Positions 1-12,059 of a stretch of DNA of 64,000 nt are shown piece after piece. Where the stretch lies: the NCBI GenBank assembly GCA_964016885.1, contig OZ024740.1:133920001-133984000 (forward strand), written 5' to 3'. The stretch's first letter is position 1, and every line of letters starts with the position of its first letter. Source of the stretch: Eledone cirrhosa (taxonomy: Eukaryota). Below the pieces are notes generated by a model. The model did no database searches. It was given only the letters and a program-made list of their open reading frames with translations, and was not told the origin of the DNA. A program made the position numbers and the translations under genes.

Positions 1-348
1 CATAAACACTTACACACACACATATATATGCCTATCTATACATATATATATATACATATATATATATATACACATATATATATATATATACACACAAGAA
101 AAAAGCACATACACATAAATATACACACACACACGCATACACATACACACACATATATATGCATACACACATATATATATATATACACATACATGTATGT
201 ATGTCTCTCGGTATAAACTATACTATACATACGTGTACATACATATACACACACATACATACATACACATACATACACACACACAAACACATACATACAC
301 ACATATACATATATATATATACACACATACATACACATACATATATAT

Positions 349-412
<64 letters not shown>

Positions 413-515
413 ACATATACATACACACACGCATACATACACATACACACATACAAATACATACACATAGACACATATACACATACACGCACTCGTTCGC
501 ATACATACATGTATT
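1..515. repeat. Compound (TA)n/(CA)n/(TACA)n microsatellite
   Basis: Directly visible; explains the [12 protein letters not shown] ORFs in the track. Confidence 0.97.
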
Positions 516-723
516 TATAATATATTGGGAAAAAGTAGTGGGACAAATTATAAACTGAGCCTGATGGAGGATTAAAATAATTATTATCACTACTAAGTTA
601 TTAATATTATCATCAAGTAATTAATTATTATTTATTATTTACCATTCACTATTCATTACCTATCTTTTATCTTTTATCTATTCATTACTTAATCATTCAC
701 TTATTAATTAATAAATAAATGAG

Positions 724-855
724 TTAACTAACAAACAAACAGATAAACAAATAAACAAATAAATAAATAAATAAATAAATAGATAAATAAATAAATAAAT
801 AAATAAATAAAATAAATAAAATAAATAAATAAATAAACAGATAAATAAATAAATC
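724..855. repeat. (AAAC)n/(AAAT)n tetranucleotide microsatellite
   Basis: Directly visible. Confidence 0.95.
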
Positions 856-1139
856 TCGAACGTGTGCGTGCAGCAGTTCATAACTGCACGTATGCAAACA
901 TGAGCAGATATATACGTGAATTTGTGTGTGCGGCCACGGAACCTTACTAAGAGGCATACAACACAATATATAAGGCCTGGAGGGGAGGAAAGAAGGTAAT
1001 AATGAGAGATAGAGGGGAGGAAAGGTGGTAATAATGAGAGATGGAGGGACGGGAGTGGGATGGGGGACGGGGTGGGGTGGTGATATGGGGGGGGGGGTCA
1101 ATCGGGGGGCGGGGGGGTCTGTAGTTTTTGTAATTTGCA

Positions 1140-1485
1140 TAGTTCTTGTGCATGCAATTAGGGGAGTGTTCCGAGATCTTATTGAGGAGAGGGCCTTTGG
1201 CGAATAGAATCTCATAGCTCTCGGAGATACAGAGATCACAGCAATTATGGCCTCCCGTGTAGGATCGAGCTCTCTGGAGTAGTCTCCATTGGGTCTTGAA
1301 GGGATGGAGTTCCTTTTAAGGTGCCAGATGTGGGCGGCGAGTGTTGTTTGGTTAGATTTGTCTGGGCGCCGGAACGAATGTGTGTGGGCGTACCAGCGAG
1401 TCTTAAAACTGTTAGAAGTCATCCCGATGTACGAGTTTCTTTTTTCATCGGGGCCTGAGAGTACATCGCATATATAGACGAGAAC
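1140..1485 (-). mobile_element. Penelope-like element fragment: C-terminal GIY-YIG endonuclease (frameshifted)
   Basis: Minus strand reads LVYICDV...SYIGMTSNSFKTRWYAHTHSF...TTLAAHIWHLK and, after a frameshift, CDLCISESYEI...LLNK...CMH, matching the GIY/YIG, R, H and CxxC..E motifs of PLE endonucleases. Confidence 0.85.
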
Positions 1486-1499
1486 TTAATATGACACCC

Positions 1500-1550
1500 A
1501 GCTTCCTGAAGATTTCATCTGAATGAAACAGTACTAGTCCTGTAGAAGCT
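1500..1550 (+). ncRNA. Type I hammerhead ribozyme motif (probable inverted Penelope pLTR)
   Basis: AGCUUC-CUGAAGA-uUUCAucUGAAu-GAAA-CAG(uacuaguc)CUG-UA-GAAGCU: 6-bp stem I, intact core, GUA cleavage triplet. Confidence 0.8.
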
Positions 1551-1552
1551 CC

Positions 1553-1622
<70 letters not shown>

Positions 1623-2276
1623 TAAAATAACAGATTAAAGTTTAAGTAAAGAATTGCTGCTTTCACCCTTAACGGGATCTTCTGAAACTAAAAAAATCAA
1701 TCTGTGAGCGCAGAAGTAAATATTTCCAAAAACGTTGCAACTGAAGGAAGACAGGTAGACGATACTTTGGTTCGTGGAAACGTTCCCTGGCAAAGAACGG
1801 AAAAACGAAGATAATACGTCATTATTTTGAGCGGTGAAAACAATTACACGCAAAGACAAAATCATCTTTATGGTATAAATGAAGTCGTAGACTAATATTC
1901 TAATAGGTGGTTCGTGGATACGTTCTCTGGCATAGAACGAGAAAATATATATGATATATATTTATCCTTATCGCGCCCTCTTTGGATTTTAGTCTTCAAA
2001 TTTATTATTATTACTATATATATATATATATATATATATATGCTGCTGGTATAACTGTATGATTAATATATCTGCTACGGTATTACGTGTTTTTCGATTC
2101 AAAATATGGTTTATACACACACACATATATAAATATGTGTATGTGTATATAGTCCTATTACTTGCTTTTGTCCACCTGCCACTGCCTTTCTGTTGACCAT
2201 TAATCACGTCATAATTCTCCCACTCAAAATTACCATTGGTACCGGATTTCTCGGAAGAACTTTTCTCGATTGAGAA

Positions 2277-2347
2277 GTTCCCTGATGAACTCAGATTTCT
2301 CACAGTGCTCAAAAACACTGATTACTCAGCGAAATAGCAGTCGAGAC
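2277..2347 (+). ncRNA. Degenerate type I hammerhead motif
   Basis: GUUCC-CUGAUGA...CAGUG/CACUG hairpin...GAAA-UAGCAG-UC-GAGAC; core intact, stems I and II imperfect. Confidence 0.45.
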
Positions 2348-2459
2348 ATTATAGTGAATATATACATATACATAAATTTGTATATAAACACATGTACATA
2401 CACAAACTGTCTCACACACACACTCAGACTCACATACACAGATATATAGATAGATAGAT

Positions 2460-3460
2460 AACTTTCTATTTATTTGCCACCAGAGCATCAAAGATTGGGA
2501 CAAATACAAGGGGGGGGGGGGTTACATACATTTCAAAGGACGTGTAAAAACATATAACAAATAAAATTCAACAATCGAAGTCCTCAATAGGGAGGGGTCG
2601 TTGACGTGGGTCGCACACACTCCGAAAAAATGTGCAACCCTCCTCCTCGGGAGCACAAAGAGCCGGTGCTCCCTTCCTCTCCTCTTTCTTCTCCTCTCTC
2701 ACCTACAGGCTGATATAGAGAGAAGGCCCATTCACTTGGGCCATTCTCGCCACTTTCACCCACCTTTCATAAAACTTGTTAGGGTAGAGCACCTCTCCTC
2801 CATTCTGATCCTTCTTCAAAAATAGTACTTGAAAAAAAGGACCAGTTGTTGGCCGGAGAGAAAAGTGCCTGACCTCAGCCCTTTCAACCTCGTCCACCAT
2901 TCAACCTCTTTCGCCATAGCTATCACACAGAGGAAAACCGCCTCTCTTCGTTTTTAAAGGAGGGAGGCGGTTTTATCGTGACAATGTACTCGGTGGTCAA
3001 CCGGATTGGTCCCACCCGCGACAGTAGTCGTTCCACATAGCCCCACAGGTCAGCAACGCCCGGGCAGTGTACGAATGCGTGCGCGATGGCTTCCTCGTCA
3101 TGCACCCATCTCGAACAGATCTTCTTCGAGGGGTCCCTACCCGGGCGCGCGTGTCTGTAGAGCTTATCCCGAACGGGTAGAGCTCCTCGGTAGCACTGCC
3201 AAGCCAGGGACTTTTGGAAATTGTCCATCGATCCCGGGCCAAACGTCCTACCGAACAGACTGGCTAGCTCGTTTTCCTCCATGCCCAGAGCCTCTCCGAG
3301 AGCGTCGTCGCACTTGCTGCGCACCAACCCTCTATAGAATGTTGAGGTTGAGTCTCCACTGATTGCCGGATCCGCTTGCCAGAGGGCTGTGAGCGCCTGG
3401 GCACATTCAATGTGCCAGTTGCCCATTTTTCTCGGTCCTTGCTTGACCGTAGTCATTATA
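2460..3460 (-). mobile_element. Tx1-like LINE, 5'-truncated 3' fragment (ORF2 C-terminus plus 3' UTR)
   Basis: ORFs 2923-3456 and 2703-2900 are homologous to the ORF2 C-terminus at 28226-29341 (FQKSLAWQCYRGALPVRDKL; C..(W)...E...HAFVHC zinc-finger remnant); ends in a (TATC)n tract. Confidence 0.9.
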
Positions 3461-4542
3461 TGATGTCGTCAGTCAGGTGTTGAAAATGTAAACAAAAATT
3501 TTGTTTTTGATTTAGGGCTTTGATATGCCGGCCGTCGAAGGGATGTTATCATTCACAAGCATATACGATATCAACGTTGATGTTAGCAGGCCTGACGTAG
3601 GAGCTGCTATCAGTGTTTAAAAGGAATTCCATGCTGTTTATTCTTTGGTCATTCCGTTTAGCTCTTAATGGAGTTATAAAACAAATAATTCTTAGAAGTT
3701 GATTTATCTAATTTATTTATCTAATTTACTTCATCAGTTAAATCTAAACGGGTGACGATGACCGTTTTATCACTATTACTATCACGTTGCCGTCCATAGA
3801 TCCTTAGTGAATGGTCATTTATTTAATCTGTGATATAGAAGGAAGTGGGGGACGGCTTAAGCTAAAGCGTACGAGTATGGCTGTGAGTGTGTGTGCGAGC
3901 TAAATCCTAATATAGTGGGTTCACAACATCGTACGCGTGCATAAGTGCACAAGGTTATATAGCAGCAGTATTATATGACACACATGCAAGTATTCGTGAA
4001 TGATCAACTGCCAACCTGCGCGCACACGCAAACCGACTCTCAACACACACGTTCGTGCGCATACATATACATGCATGCAAGGGCCCACTTACAAAAGTAC
4101 AGGAATACTAATTTTTCGGCATTTATATACCGATGTTGGTACTGTAATTTCTTGTTCTGAAAGCCTAGTATGTGTCAGCCCACATTGCATATCCATGCTT
4201 TAATACAGCGTTGAATCTTTAAAACCTAGAAGTTTTCCATCTTGTGTAAGGATTTCAACATGTATATTATATATTAGATTGACTAGTACGGACATGTTTC
4301 TCGAGGCGTAGGAGTGAAAATGTGTGAATCGAGAATTCTGTTTAAACCACACGGTAACCAGGTTATTAAAGCTACAAATAAGTTTCACACTTTTTTCTTC
4401 CTTAACCTTCCTTGGAATTCCCTGCTAAATAATTTTGCTTTTGTCTTAACCAGGATTATTAGCGTGTATCTAGGATAAATAAGACCATCTTGGAAGAAAC
4501 AACAATCAAAGTGGTCGCATTACAGCTGGCGGCTATAAGAAA

Positions 4543-4845
4543 TAATTGTTTCTACTTTGGGCACAAGACCAGCAATTATCCAGTGCATTACTGGTACTTT
4601 ATTTCATCGACCCCGTAAGGATGAAAGGTAAAGTTAACCTCGACGGGATTTGAACTCAGACCGTAAAGGGACGTAACTATGTTTGAAACATGGTGTCCGA
4701 CCCTCTACCGATACTGCCAATTCAACTACGCCATTAAGAAATAATTGTTTCTACTTTTGGCAGAAGGCCAGCAATTATCCCAGTGCATTACTGGTACTTT
4801 ATTCTATCGACCCCATAAGGATGAAAGACAAACCTCGGCGGGATT
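4543..4845 (-). mobile_element. Two tandem copies of a tRNA-derived SINE (full 4543-4727, partial 4741-4845)
   Basis: Minus strand has A-box TGGCAGTATCGG, B-box GAGTTCAAATCC, body CTTTCATCCTTACGGGGTCGAT..AAAGTACCAGT and an ATT tail; at least 8 related copies in the window. Confidence 0.85.
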
Positions 4846-5354
4846 GGTGCCTAGCGAGCCTTTTGAATTCGAAGTACACATTGGTTTTTTTAATCTTTTT
4901 TTTTTCTCACTATCAACATATTGGTTAGATTATTGGTTAGATAGACACGTTGTACAGATGTTGACTATAAAGACAACTGTGGTTTGTAGATATTGACATG
5001 AGCAAACTATAAGATAAGATATCTATAGAAGAATCACAAATGATAATACTAGGATAGAGTCAGTCTGTCTATCTAATTTTAGAGTTGACCGCCTCAACAT
5101 CACTATCCCGTTGGTGTGAACCCAGACGGAGTGTAAGAGACCATGTGTATGTCGCTTCGTTGTTCTAGGGGGCAGAATAGAGAAAACATTGCCCCGGAAG
5201 ATAACGAACAGTCATTCTAAATCACGGGCTCGCCCATGCGGGAAACCAACTCCGCACCGATAGTAGTATATATATTGCTATACTATCTAGCTGTTGAAAT
5301 GTTAAACTAGTAAGCTAGATCTATCTTGCACTGCATTAATATATGACACATACA

Positions 5355-5407
<53 letters not shown>

Positions 5408-5853
5408 GGAGAGATGAAGAGAAAGATGTGATGTGAAAGATAGCATGAATTATTTAGAAAAACAATACAAATAATTCATCCCTCACGGGGAGGTGTTTTA
5501 CTCTGTATATATTTTTTCGGTTTTTCAAAACATTTTTGATTATTACTGTTTTTTTGTTTTGTTTTGTTTTTTTGTTCTTTTTTTGCTCGTGTATTTTTGT
5601 TTTTATTTCTTTTATATTTGTATAAATTTATTTTAATCGTATTTCTATTTGTCCTTTTTCTTTTATTTGTGTCTTTATTCTTATCATTTTCGTGTTTATT
5701 TTAAAAGAATTCGTTCGTTTGTTTCCATTGATGCTTTTTTTTTTCTTTGTTTGTTACATTTTAAATTTAAATTTTCTCTGCTTTATTTGTTGTTGTAGTT
5801 ATGAATTTCTTTCCTTACTGTTGCTGATATTGCTGCTGTTAGCTTCTTTTTTT

Positions 5854-5891
<38 letters not shown>

Positions 5892-6649
5892 TCGAATTTA
5901 CAACATATTGGCGTTGTTGTTTTTGTTCTCATTTTATTTTTATCATAAAATTATTAAAAATATAACAAAGTGAAAAAAGAGAAAAATGTTTGGTTCGCAT
6001 ATTTTCTATATTAAAACCAGTCATATTGTTATCCACAATTTTGAGCAACTAAAATTTAACTTAATATACTGAAAGTAAATCTTCGTTGGTTACGTATGGG
6101 ATAAAACAAAAAGATAGGCAATAATTTATTTATCCAACCAATCGTATTGTTTTAAACGAAATTCATTGACGTATACAAATATGTTTCTTTTCTTTTTGTT
6201 ATCATTATTTGTTTTCGGTTTTTCATTAAATCATTTACATTTAGAGGAAGATTTCTTTGTTTTTTTTACTCTATCTTTTTTTTTTTTTTCATTTTATTTC
6301 ATGTAGTTTGTTTTGTCGTTGAAAATTTGACAACTTATTCCAAACATTATTTTTATATCTAATTTTTCTTTTCTAACTGGCTGCATCATTCAAAATGCTT
6401 GATAAATTTTACTCTTTTTGATTTTTATATTGTTAGTAATGATAAACAAAAATCAGAGAGCAACATAATAACGTAATTTAATTTAATATTCAACTCTGAA
6501 ATGTATATGCATCATTACTTCAGAAGCGATTTATATCAATTAATTTAAAACCGATTTTCATCTTGGCGTTGGGAGAGACGGTTTCTGATTCTAACAGACA
6601 TTTCTTTATTCTTCACTCAATATTACTAACTCGAAGAGTAGCATCACGT

Positions 6650-6835
6650 TGTTGACGTTGTTTAACCCCAGTTCATCCTTGATTGAGCACGCTTATGAAC
6701 AAACGTGTTCCCATAAATTTCTGATATCTTTTATTCAGACAGAGGGAATCTAAAACCATATTGTCTCCTGTGAAGTTCTATTAAGATTGCAGGTGGTGAG
6801 GTGAGAAAGAGTTGAGCAATCCTATCATTTCAAGC
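6650..6835 (-). mobile_element. Decayed SINE 3' portion with (AAC)n-like tail
   Basis: Minus strand ends ...CTGGGGTTAAACAACGTCAACAAC; loosely similar to 48290-48490 (+). Confidence 0.4.
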
Positions 6836-7239
6836 TACGGCGTAACGATTCCTTTATTCACTGGAGCTCTCAGCATCTGCATCAATCTGTAATCAATTCT
6901 TGGGACATTAGCAATTAGGTAGTTGTAAGATTTTACCAAAAGAACATACATTGAAATAGATTTCTATTATATGCTTCAGGTTCTTGTATAAGAACTAAAC
7001 AATCATTAACCATACAGTATCGCAGGTGCTTAGAATTATGAGGCAATATGACCATGTGATAACTAACTATTCGAGCAAGACATGGATACAGATCTTCCTT
7101 CCTGACCAGATAAGAACAAGCAAAACGATACTCAAGAATATTTTAAAATCAGTTATATCTCAGTTCTAATGAATAAAGCGTTCATTTGAGAAAGCTTCAA
7201 AATTGTGTAACCTTTAACAAGTTGTTTACTACCAACAAG

Positions 7240-7480
7240 CCTTTTCGACTTAATATAGTATATCACCACTCGATCAGCCTTTGTAATCCAAAGCCAAATG
7301 GAGGCACGCTCTGCGGCTTCGCTTGCGAATTGAATTACTCTCCTCTTTGTAACTCCCACAGAGAATAATTGGGTAAGAACTTTGCACATTATATTAACAT
7401 GTTGCTCTGGTTGTCAGGCCGTCCAGGAAAACTCTTATCGGAGGCTGTCGTAAAAGCCTACTTGGATAGAAGACCACTGC
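7240..7480 (-). mobile_element. Decayed RLE-type LINE C-terminus (Hero/NeSL-like)
   Basis: Minus strand encodes IQVG, a GFPG-like remnant and ASEAAERASIWLWITK, resembling the IEVGCRGF...AAExASxWLW end of Hero-type ORFs. Confidence 0.5.
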
Positions 7481-8654
7481 ATTCCACCTGGTTATTATAG
7501 TTACAGCAAGTCTTAAAATAATGGGAGAGATAGTACAACTTTTCACTATTTCTTTCCCAAATCGATGCGAGCTTGATGCTTCTGGCCCAGAATTACTCTC
7601 AGAATTTGATTTAGAAAGTAGAACATGATAGGATCACCTCTCTAACTTTGACATTACTAGAACTCTGTAATGACAAGATCACCACTGTTTTCATAGGCCT
7701 CTCTCGAGAGTTGCGTAACTTCACGACTACAAATCAACCAAGAATTCCAAGCCTCCAAAAGGTGTCAATATAGGTGTTTCGAAAGAAACTTAGGTATTCG
7801 GAACAGAATACAGAAAAATCTGCTGTTCTTCGAAGCACAAAAGCAAAATTGACCGGAACACATTGATGTTCATCGCGTTGTCCTCTTCAGAAATCCAATT
7901 TGCCTTGGCACACCACACTGTCAGCAACACTCCTTCTATGTTATACCCCCTTTATGAGCTGCCATAGGCGTTTGACGCAATTTGAGCTGCGTTTATGAAA
8001 TATGTGTGGTACAGTATTAAGGACAGAGTAGATAAGTCCTCAACTCTATCGGGATGGATCCTTCCACGAGCGAGAATCATGAAAGTTTTGTTGGATTTGA
8101 GTTATATTCTCATCACATCGTTCAAGTTTTGATGGAGGAAATTATTAACTTCCTCCCTCGAACACACGTAAGTGACACTGTGCTCTAACAATCGTTTGGG
8201 ATTGACAATAAAATTAACACACTTCCTGTTTCCCTCATTCTTTCTCACTCTCTTTCTCTCCCTCTCTCTCTATATCTCTATCTCTCTTCCCCTCTTATTG
8301 TAACACTCTTCTTTATGGAAGGTCATATATGTATTTTCCTTGAAATAGTTAGCAACACGGCAAAGGCTTACTTTTCCTCATAGATTGATATTATATATTG
8401 ATTTCTCAAATCGAGAAAATTCACTGTGAGGTGAGTTTGGGGGTACCTTGCAGTTTATTGTGCAAATAGTGTGCCTAATACCAGTAACCGCAATAGGACC
8501 AAATCAGGCAGAAACATAATTGAAGATGATACACATTTTCCAAGATATTAGATGTATTGTATTCGTCTACATATATTTGAAATATTAAGTATACTTATTA
8601 TGTAAATCTGTCGATTAAACAAAATCCAATCTCCCTCCCCACCCTCTCTCATCA

Positions 8655-8827
8655 TATCTTGTGCACTAGAGCCAGTTGTATCGATCTTAAAGAACTGAGA
8701 CAACACATCTCTAGCCGACTGGTGAGATGGGGCTATCTGTGTTTCGTTCGTTTTCCTGATTTCACCCATGTATACACACACACACACATATATATATATA
8801 TTTATTTATTTATATATATATATATAA

Positions 8828-8877
<50 letters not shown>

Positions 8878-9435
8878 TTATGTATATATGTATGTATATA
8901 TATGTATTTATATATATATATATATATGTGTGTGTGGGTGTGGGTGTGTGTGTGTGAGTGTGTGAGTGTATGTAAGTATGTATGCATGTATGTATATATA
9001 TATATTCATTTGCATGATTTTAGCCACGTAATGCTCTTTTTTTCAAATTTATATGTTTCATATTACACCACCTGCGTTGGTCTGACTTTGGTCTGTCTTT
9101 TGGGACTTAAAGGCCAAACAAATGGAAGATAATTCTCTTAACGTTTATATAATCTCTACTTCTTCCACCTTCACATCTACTTCTTCTTGGCTAATCAATA
9201 TGTTAGGCATCGTCGATATCTCTTATTGTAATGTGCAGTCAAAGGATTTGTAACATAATTTCTCTTATTTCTAAATAGTCGAAGGACTATTGTTTTGAAT
9301 GTTGTCCATTTGTTGCTGTCCCTTGTGTAGTAGAACCTGTTACATCGATCTAAAAGCAATGATGTATCTCTACCGATCGACTGATGAGATGGAACTGTTT
9401 CTTTCGTTTTCCTGTATTTGCCCATATGCATATAT
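8655..9435 (+). repeat. Two diverged direct copies of a ~120 bp interspersed repeat (8655-8775, 9320-9435)
   Basis: Shared CTTGTG..CTAGA.CC.GTT..ATCGATCT.AAAG...CGACTG.TGAGATGG...TTCGTTTTCCTG...CCCAT.T. Confidence 0.75.
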
Positions 9436-9548
9436 TTGGGGGGGATGTGTGTGATGTGTCTGTCTGTGTGTGTGTGTGTGTGATGTTTGTGATGTGTCTG
9501 TATGTGTTTCGCCAAAGATTTTCAGGTTCATCAAATAAAAAAGGAAGC

Positions 9549-9617
<69 letters not shown>

Positions 9618-9621
<4 letters not shown>

Positions 9622-9934
9622 TGTTACACTTTGGGAGGGTCATGTTGCCAATAAGAAACACACGCACCAGTTTGGAAAAATGGCGTAGGATAGAAGAAAG
9701 GAAAGGCACAGAAACGAAGAAAGAAATCTCCAGTCACTGAAGAGGTCACAGAGTGTGTGACGAAAGAACTATGACTATATATATATAAACAACTATCTGG
9801 TTGTGGAACCAACCAACCAACCAGAAATTTATAAATTTGTAAATTTATAAATATATAATAAATTGAATTGAAGTGAAAGCACTGGTGCGTGTGTTTCTTA
9901 TTGGCAACATGACCCTCCCAAAGTGTAACAATAT
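9618..9934. repeat. Perfect 54-bp inverted repeat (9618-9671 / 9881-9934) enclosing a hammerhead
   Basis: ATATTGTTACACTTTGGGAGGGTCATGTTGCCAATAAGAAACACACGCACCAGT and its exact reverse complement. Confidence 0.93.
9732..9776 (+). ncRNA. Minimal type I hammerhead ribozyme motif
   Basis: AGUCA-CUGAAGA-g-GUCACA(gagug)UGUGAC-GAAA-GAAC-UA-UGACU: perfect 5-bp stem I, 6-bp stem II, minimal stem III. Confidence 0.8.
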
Positions 9935-9993
9935 CGGTTTCAACACACGATTTCAGATAAAGAATCTTGCTAAACAAATTCAGAAACGAAATA

Positions 9994-10059
<66 letters not shown>

Positions 10060-10655
10060 TATACATATATGCAGCTTCCTTTTTATACATTATTATACAT
10101 AGATATATATATATACAGAGAGAAAGGAATATATATATATATGCATATATATATACATATATATACAAGTATGTATGTAAATATGTATGTATGTATGAAT
10201 TCTTTTTAGTTCTCTTTCTATCGGTTAAAAAATAGTCAGATAACTCACACTGTTTCTTACGTATATACTGTAAATTACTGGTCAGATTGTGGTTACTCTT
10301 CGATTTTAGCAGAACAAAAACCAATATATTGCACACACATACACCAATATATATGTACCTATATAAACACACACAAATGTATATGTATATATATACACAC
10401 ACACATTTCTTTTCATATCATATTTTATATTCGTGTGCATCATTTTATGATGCATGAAAAAAATAAGAATGTAACCGCGCGCGTGTGTGTGGGGGGTGTT
10501 TCTGTGTTTGTGTGTATGTTTGTGTGTGAGTGTATGTGTGTGTCTGTGTTGGGGGGGGGGGGGGGTAGTTATTGAATAAAGTGACAGGAGGCTGAAAAGA
10601 TGAAATTCCTTTAAAGTTTTTACGTATGCTGCCCCTGAAGCAAATATCTCTAATT

Positions 10656-10698
<43 letters not shown>

Positions 10699-11009
10699 TT
10701 TTTGTCTCCGTGGACTCAGCTTGTGTTTACCATGATTCCTTTATGACTGTTATGCACTATATTTCTACTGGTCATTAAGATATATGTAAAGGAATCTCAA
10801 CTTTCCAGCCTCTTTTCATATTATTCAATTCACTTATTTAACTCACGCAGCACCACCACAATTCTACACCAAAGGTGATTGAGTTGCGTTCGTTGAGTGC
10901 TTTTCCTACTTTAACTATATATATATACGGTTATGTATGATTAACTATATATATGTACTTTATATATGTATAAAATACACTCTCAAACAAACCCAACCTG
11001 GCCATACTA

Positions 11010-11215
11010 AAAATGGTAACAGAAAAAAGAAGAATTAGCTGGTCTGCACATCCATTTTCCCTTAAAGTGAAGATTAGTGCAGGAAAGAAATTTTTAGATT
11101 TAATAGATAGACATTTCCCACGTCAACATAAATACAGTAAAATATTTAATTGCAATTCCGTCATGATATCCTATTCGTGTGGCCCGTCTATAAGATCAAA
11201 AATTACTGCAAAGTA
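11010..11215 (+). mobile_element. Penelope-like element fragment (RT-EN linker)
   Basis: KRRISWSAHPFSLKVKISAGKKFLDLIDRHFPRQHKYSKIFNCNSVMISYSC is homologous to the FFNPPF...NFPSGHKYH..INKNTIKISYS linker at ~45170-45330. Confidence 0.8.
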
Positions 11216-11237
11216 TATATCCGACGTATATCCATGT

Positions 11238-11279
<42 letters not shown>

Positions 11280-11739
11280 GTGTGTGTGTGTGTGCGTCTG
11301 TGCGTGTGTGTGTTTATATATAAATGGTGGAGTGCAAATAGTTATATATAACACTTGTTTGTTATATCTCATAAATTAAAATTAGCAGTAACACAATATG
11401 ATTAATATTGATGGTTAGTTTGCTTGCTGGATGACGTAAGATTAATCTTAACATACGAGTATCTATTTATTTTTGAAAGCATACTATAGATATTTAATCT
11501 AAAGGGTTATTGACTAATTTTTCAAGTCTTCTTAAAATCATATGTGAACAACTTCAAGTAGATAGATAAAACAGAATTAACATTGCAAATTGAATCCCAT
11601 AAAAAAGAAGACGTGTTTGTTTGTGTTGGGTGTATTTTATGTGGGGGTTGGTAGGATTACATATGTGGGAACGAGTGTGGTATTTTATTGGAAATAATTC
11701 ATGCCACAGAGATGACTATATAATGTGTGAATTTATGTG

Positions 11740-11960
11740 GGGAAGGTGCGTGTTAGGGTTCTCGGCTCAGGATTGTAAGGTCGTGAGTTCAATTCATAGA
11801 GGCGGATTTTGCGCCTGAGAAAGCCACTTAATTTCACTTTCTTCCAGTCCACTCATCTGACAACAACAAGTTCTACTTATAATTCAAAAACCCGGCACTG
11901 TCACACTCTATTTCACGTTAATTTCATGAGCAGGCTGTTCCGTGATCACATCAACTGGAA
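11740..11960 (+). mobile_element. Decayed tRNA-derived SINE (second family)
   Basis: tRNA-like head (GTTAGGGTTCTCGGCTC..GATTGTAAGGTCGTGAGTTCAATTC) followed by a TCCAGTCCACTCA body. Confidence 0.55.
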
Positions 11961-12059
11961 CATGAACACACACACAACAACAACTACATCGCTCAGTCTG
12001 GCAGCCACTGGGGAAATGAAATTGCCAGCTATACTCGGGACACAACTCCAGCAAACACT

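Noticed and set aside
28-590. Multiple 60-180 aa ORFs ([12 protein letters not shown]), and similar ones at 8659, 9873, 14287, 39753, 41251-43463 and 53627
   Set aside because: Translations of dinucleotide microsatellites that lack stop codons; no coding signal.
1764-1945. ~40-bp direct repeat (GGTTCGTGGA.ACGTTC.CTGGCA.AGAACG) with a preceding CTGAAGG...GATAC hammerhead-like stretch; briefly considered CRISPR-like
   Set aside because: Only two diverged copies, eukaryotic context, no cas genes; the hammerhead core and stems are too degenerate.
3517-3620. Possible terminal exon after TTTTGATTTAG (GFDMPAVEGMLSFTSIYDINVDVSRPDVGAAISV*)
   Set aside because: No recognisable protein motif or partner exon; expected by chance.
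4543-4727. tRNA gene call for the A-box/B-box segments
   Set aside because: No cloverleaf; the boxes are followed by a shared non-tRNA body and an ATT tail in many copies, so these are SINE heads.
5500-6450. Long T-rich tract and hydrophobic ORF 5692-5973
   Set aside because: Low-complexity sequence; the Phe/Leu-rich translation reflects base composition. It may be UTR or intron, but this cannot be supported.
9378-9410. CTGATGAG motif as a hammerhead core
   Set aside because: No downstream GAAA and no stem I or III closure; the paralogue at 8718 reads CTGGTGA.
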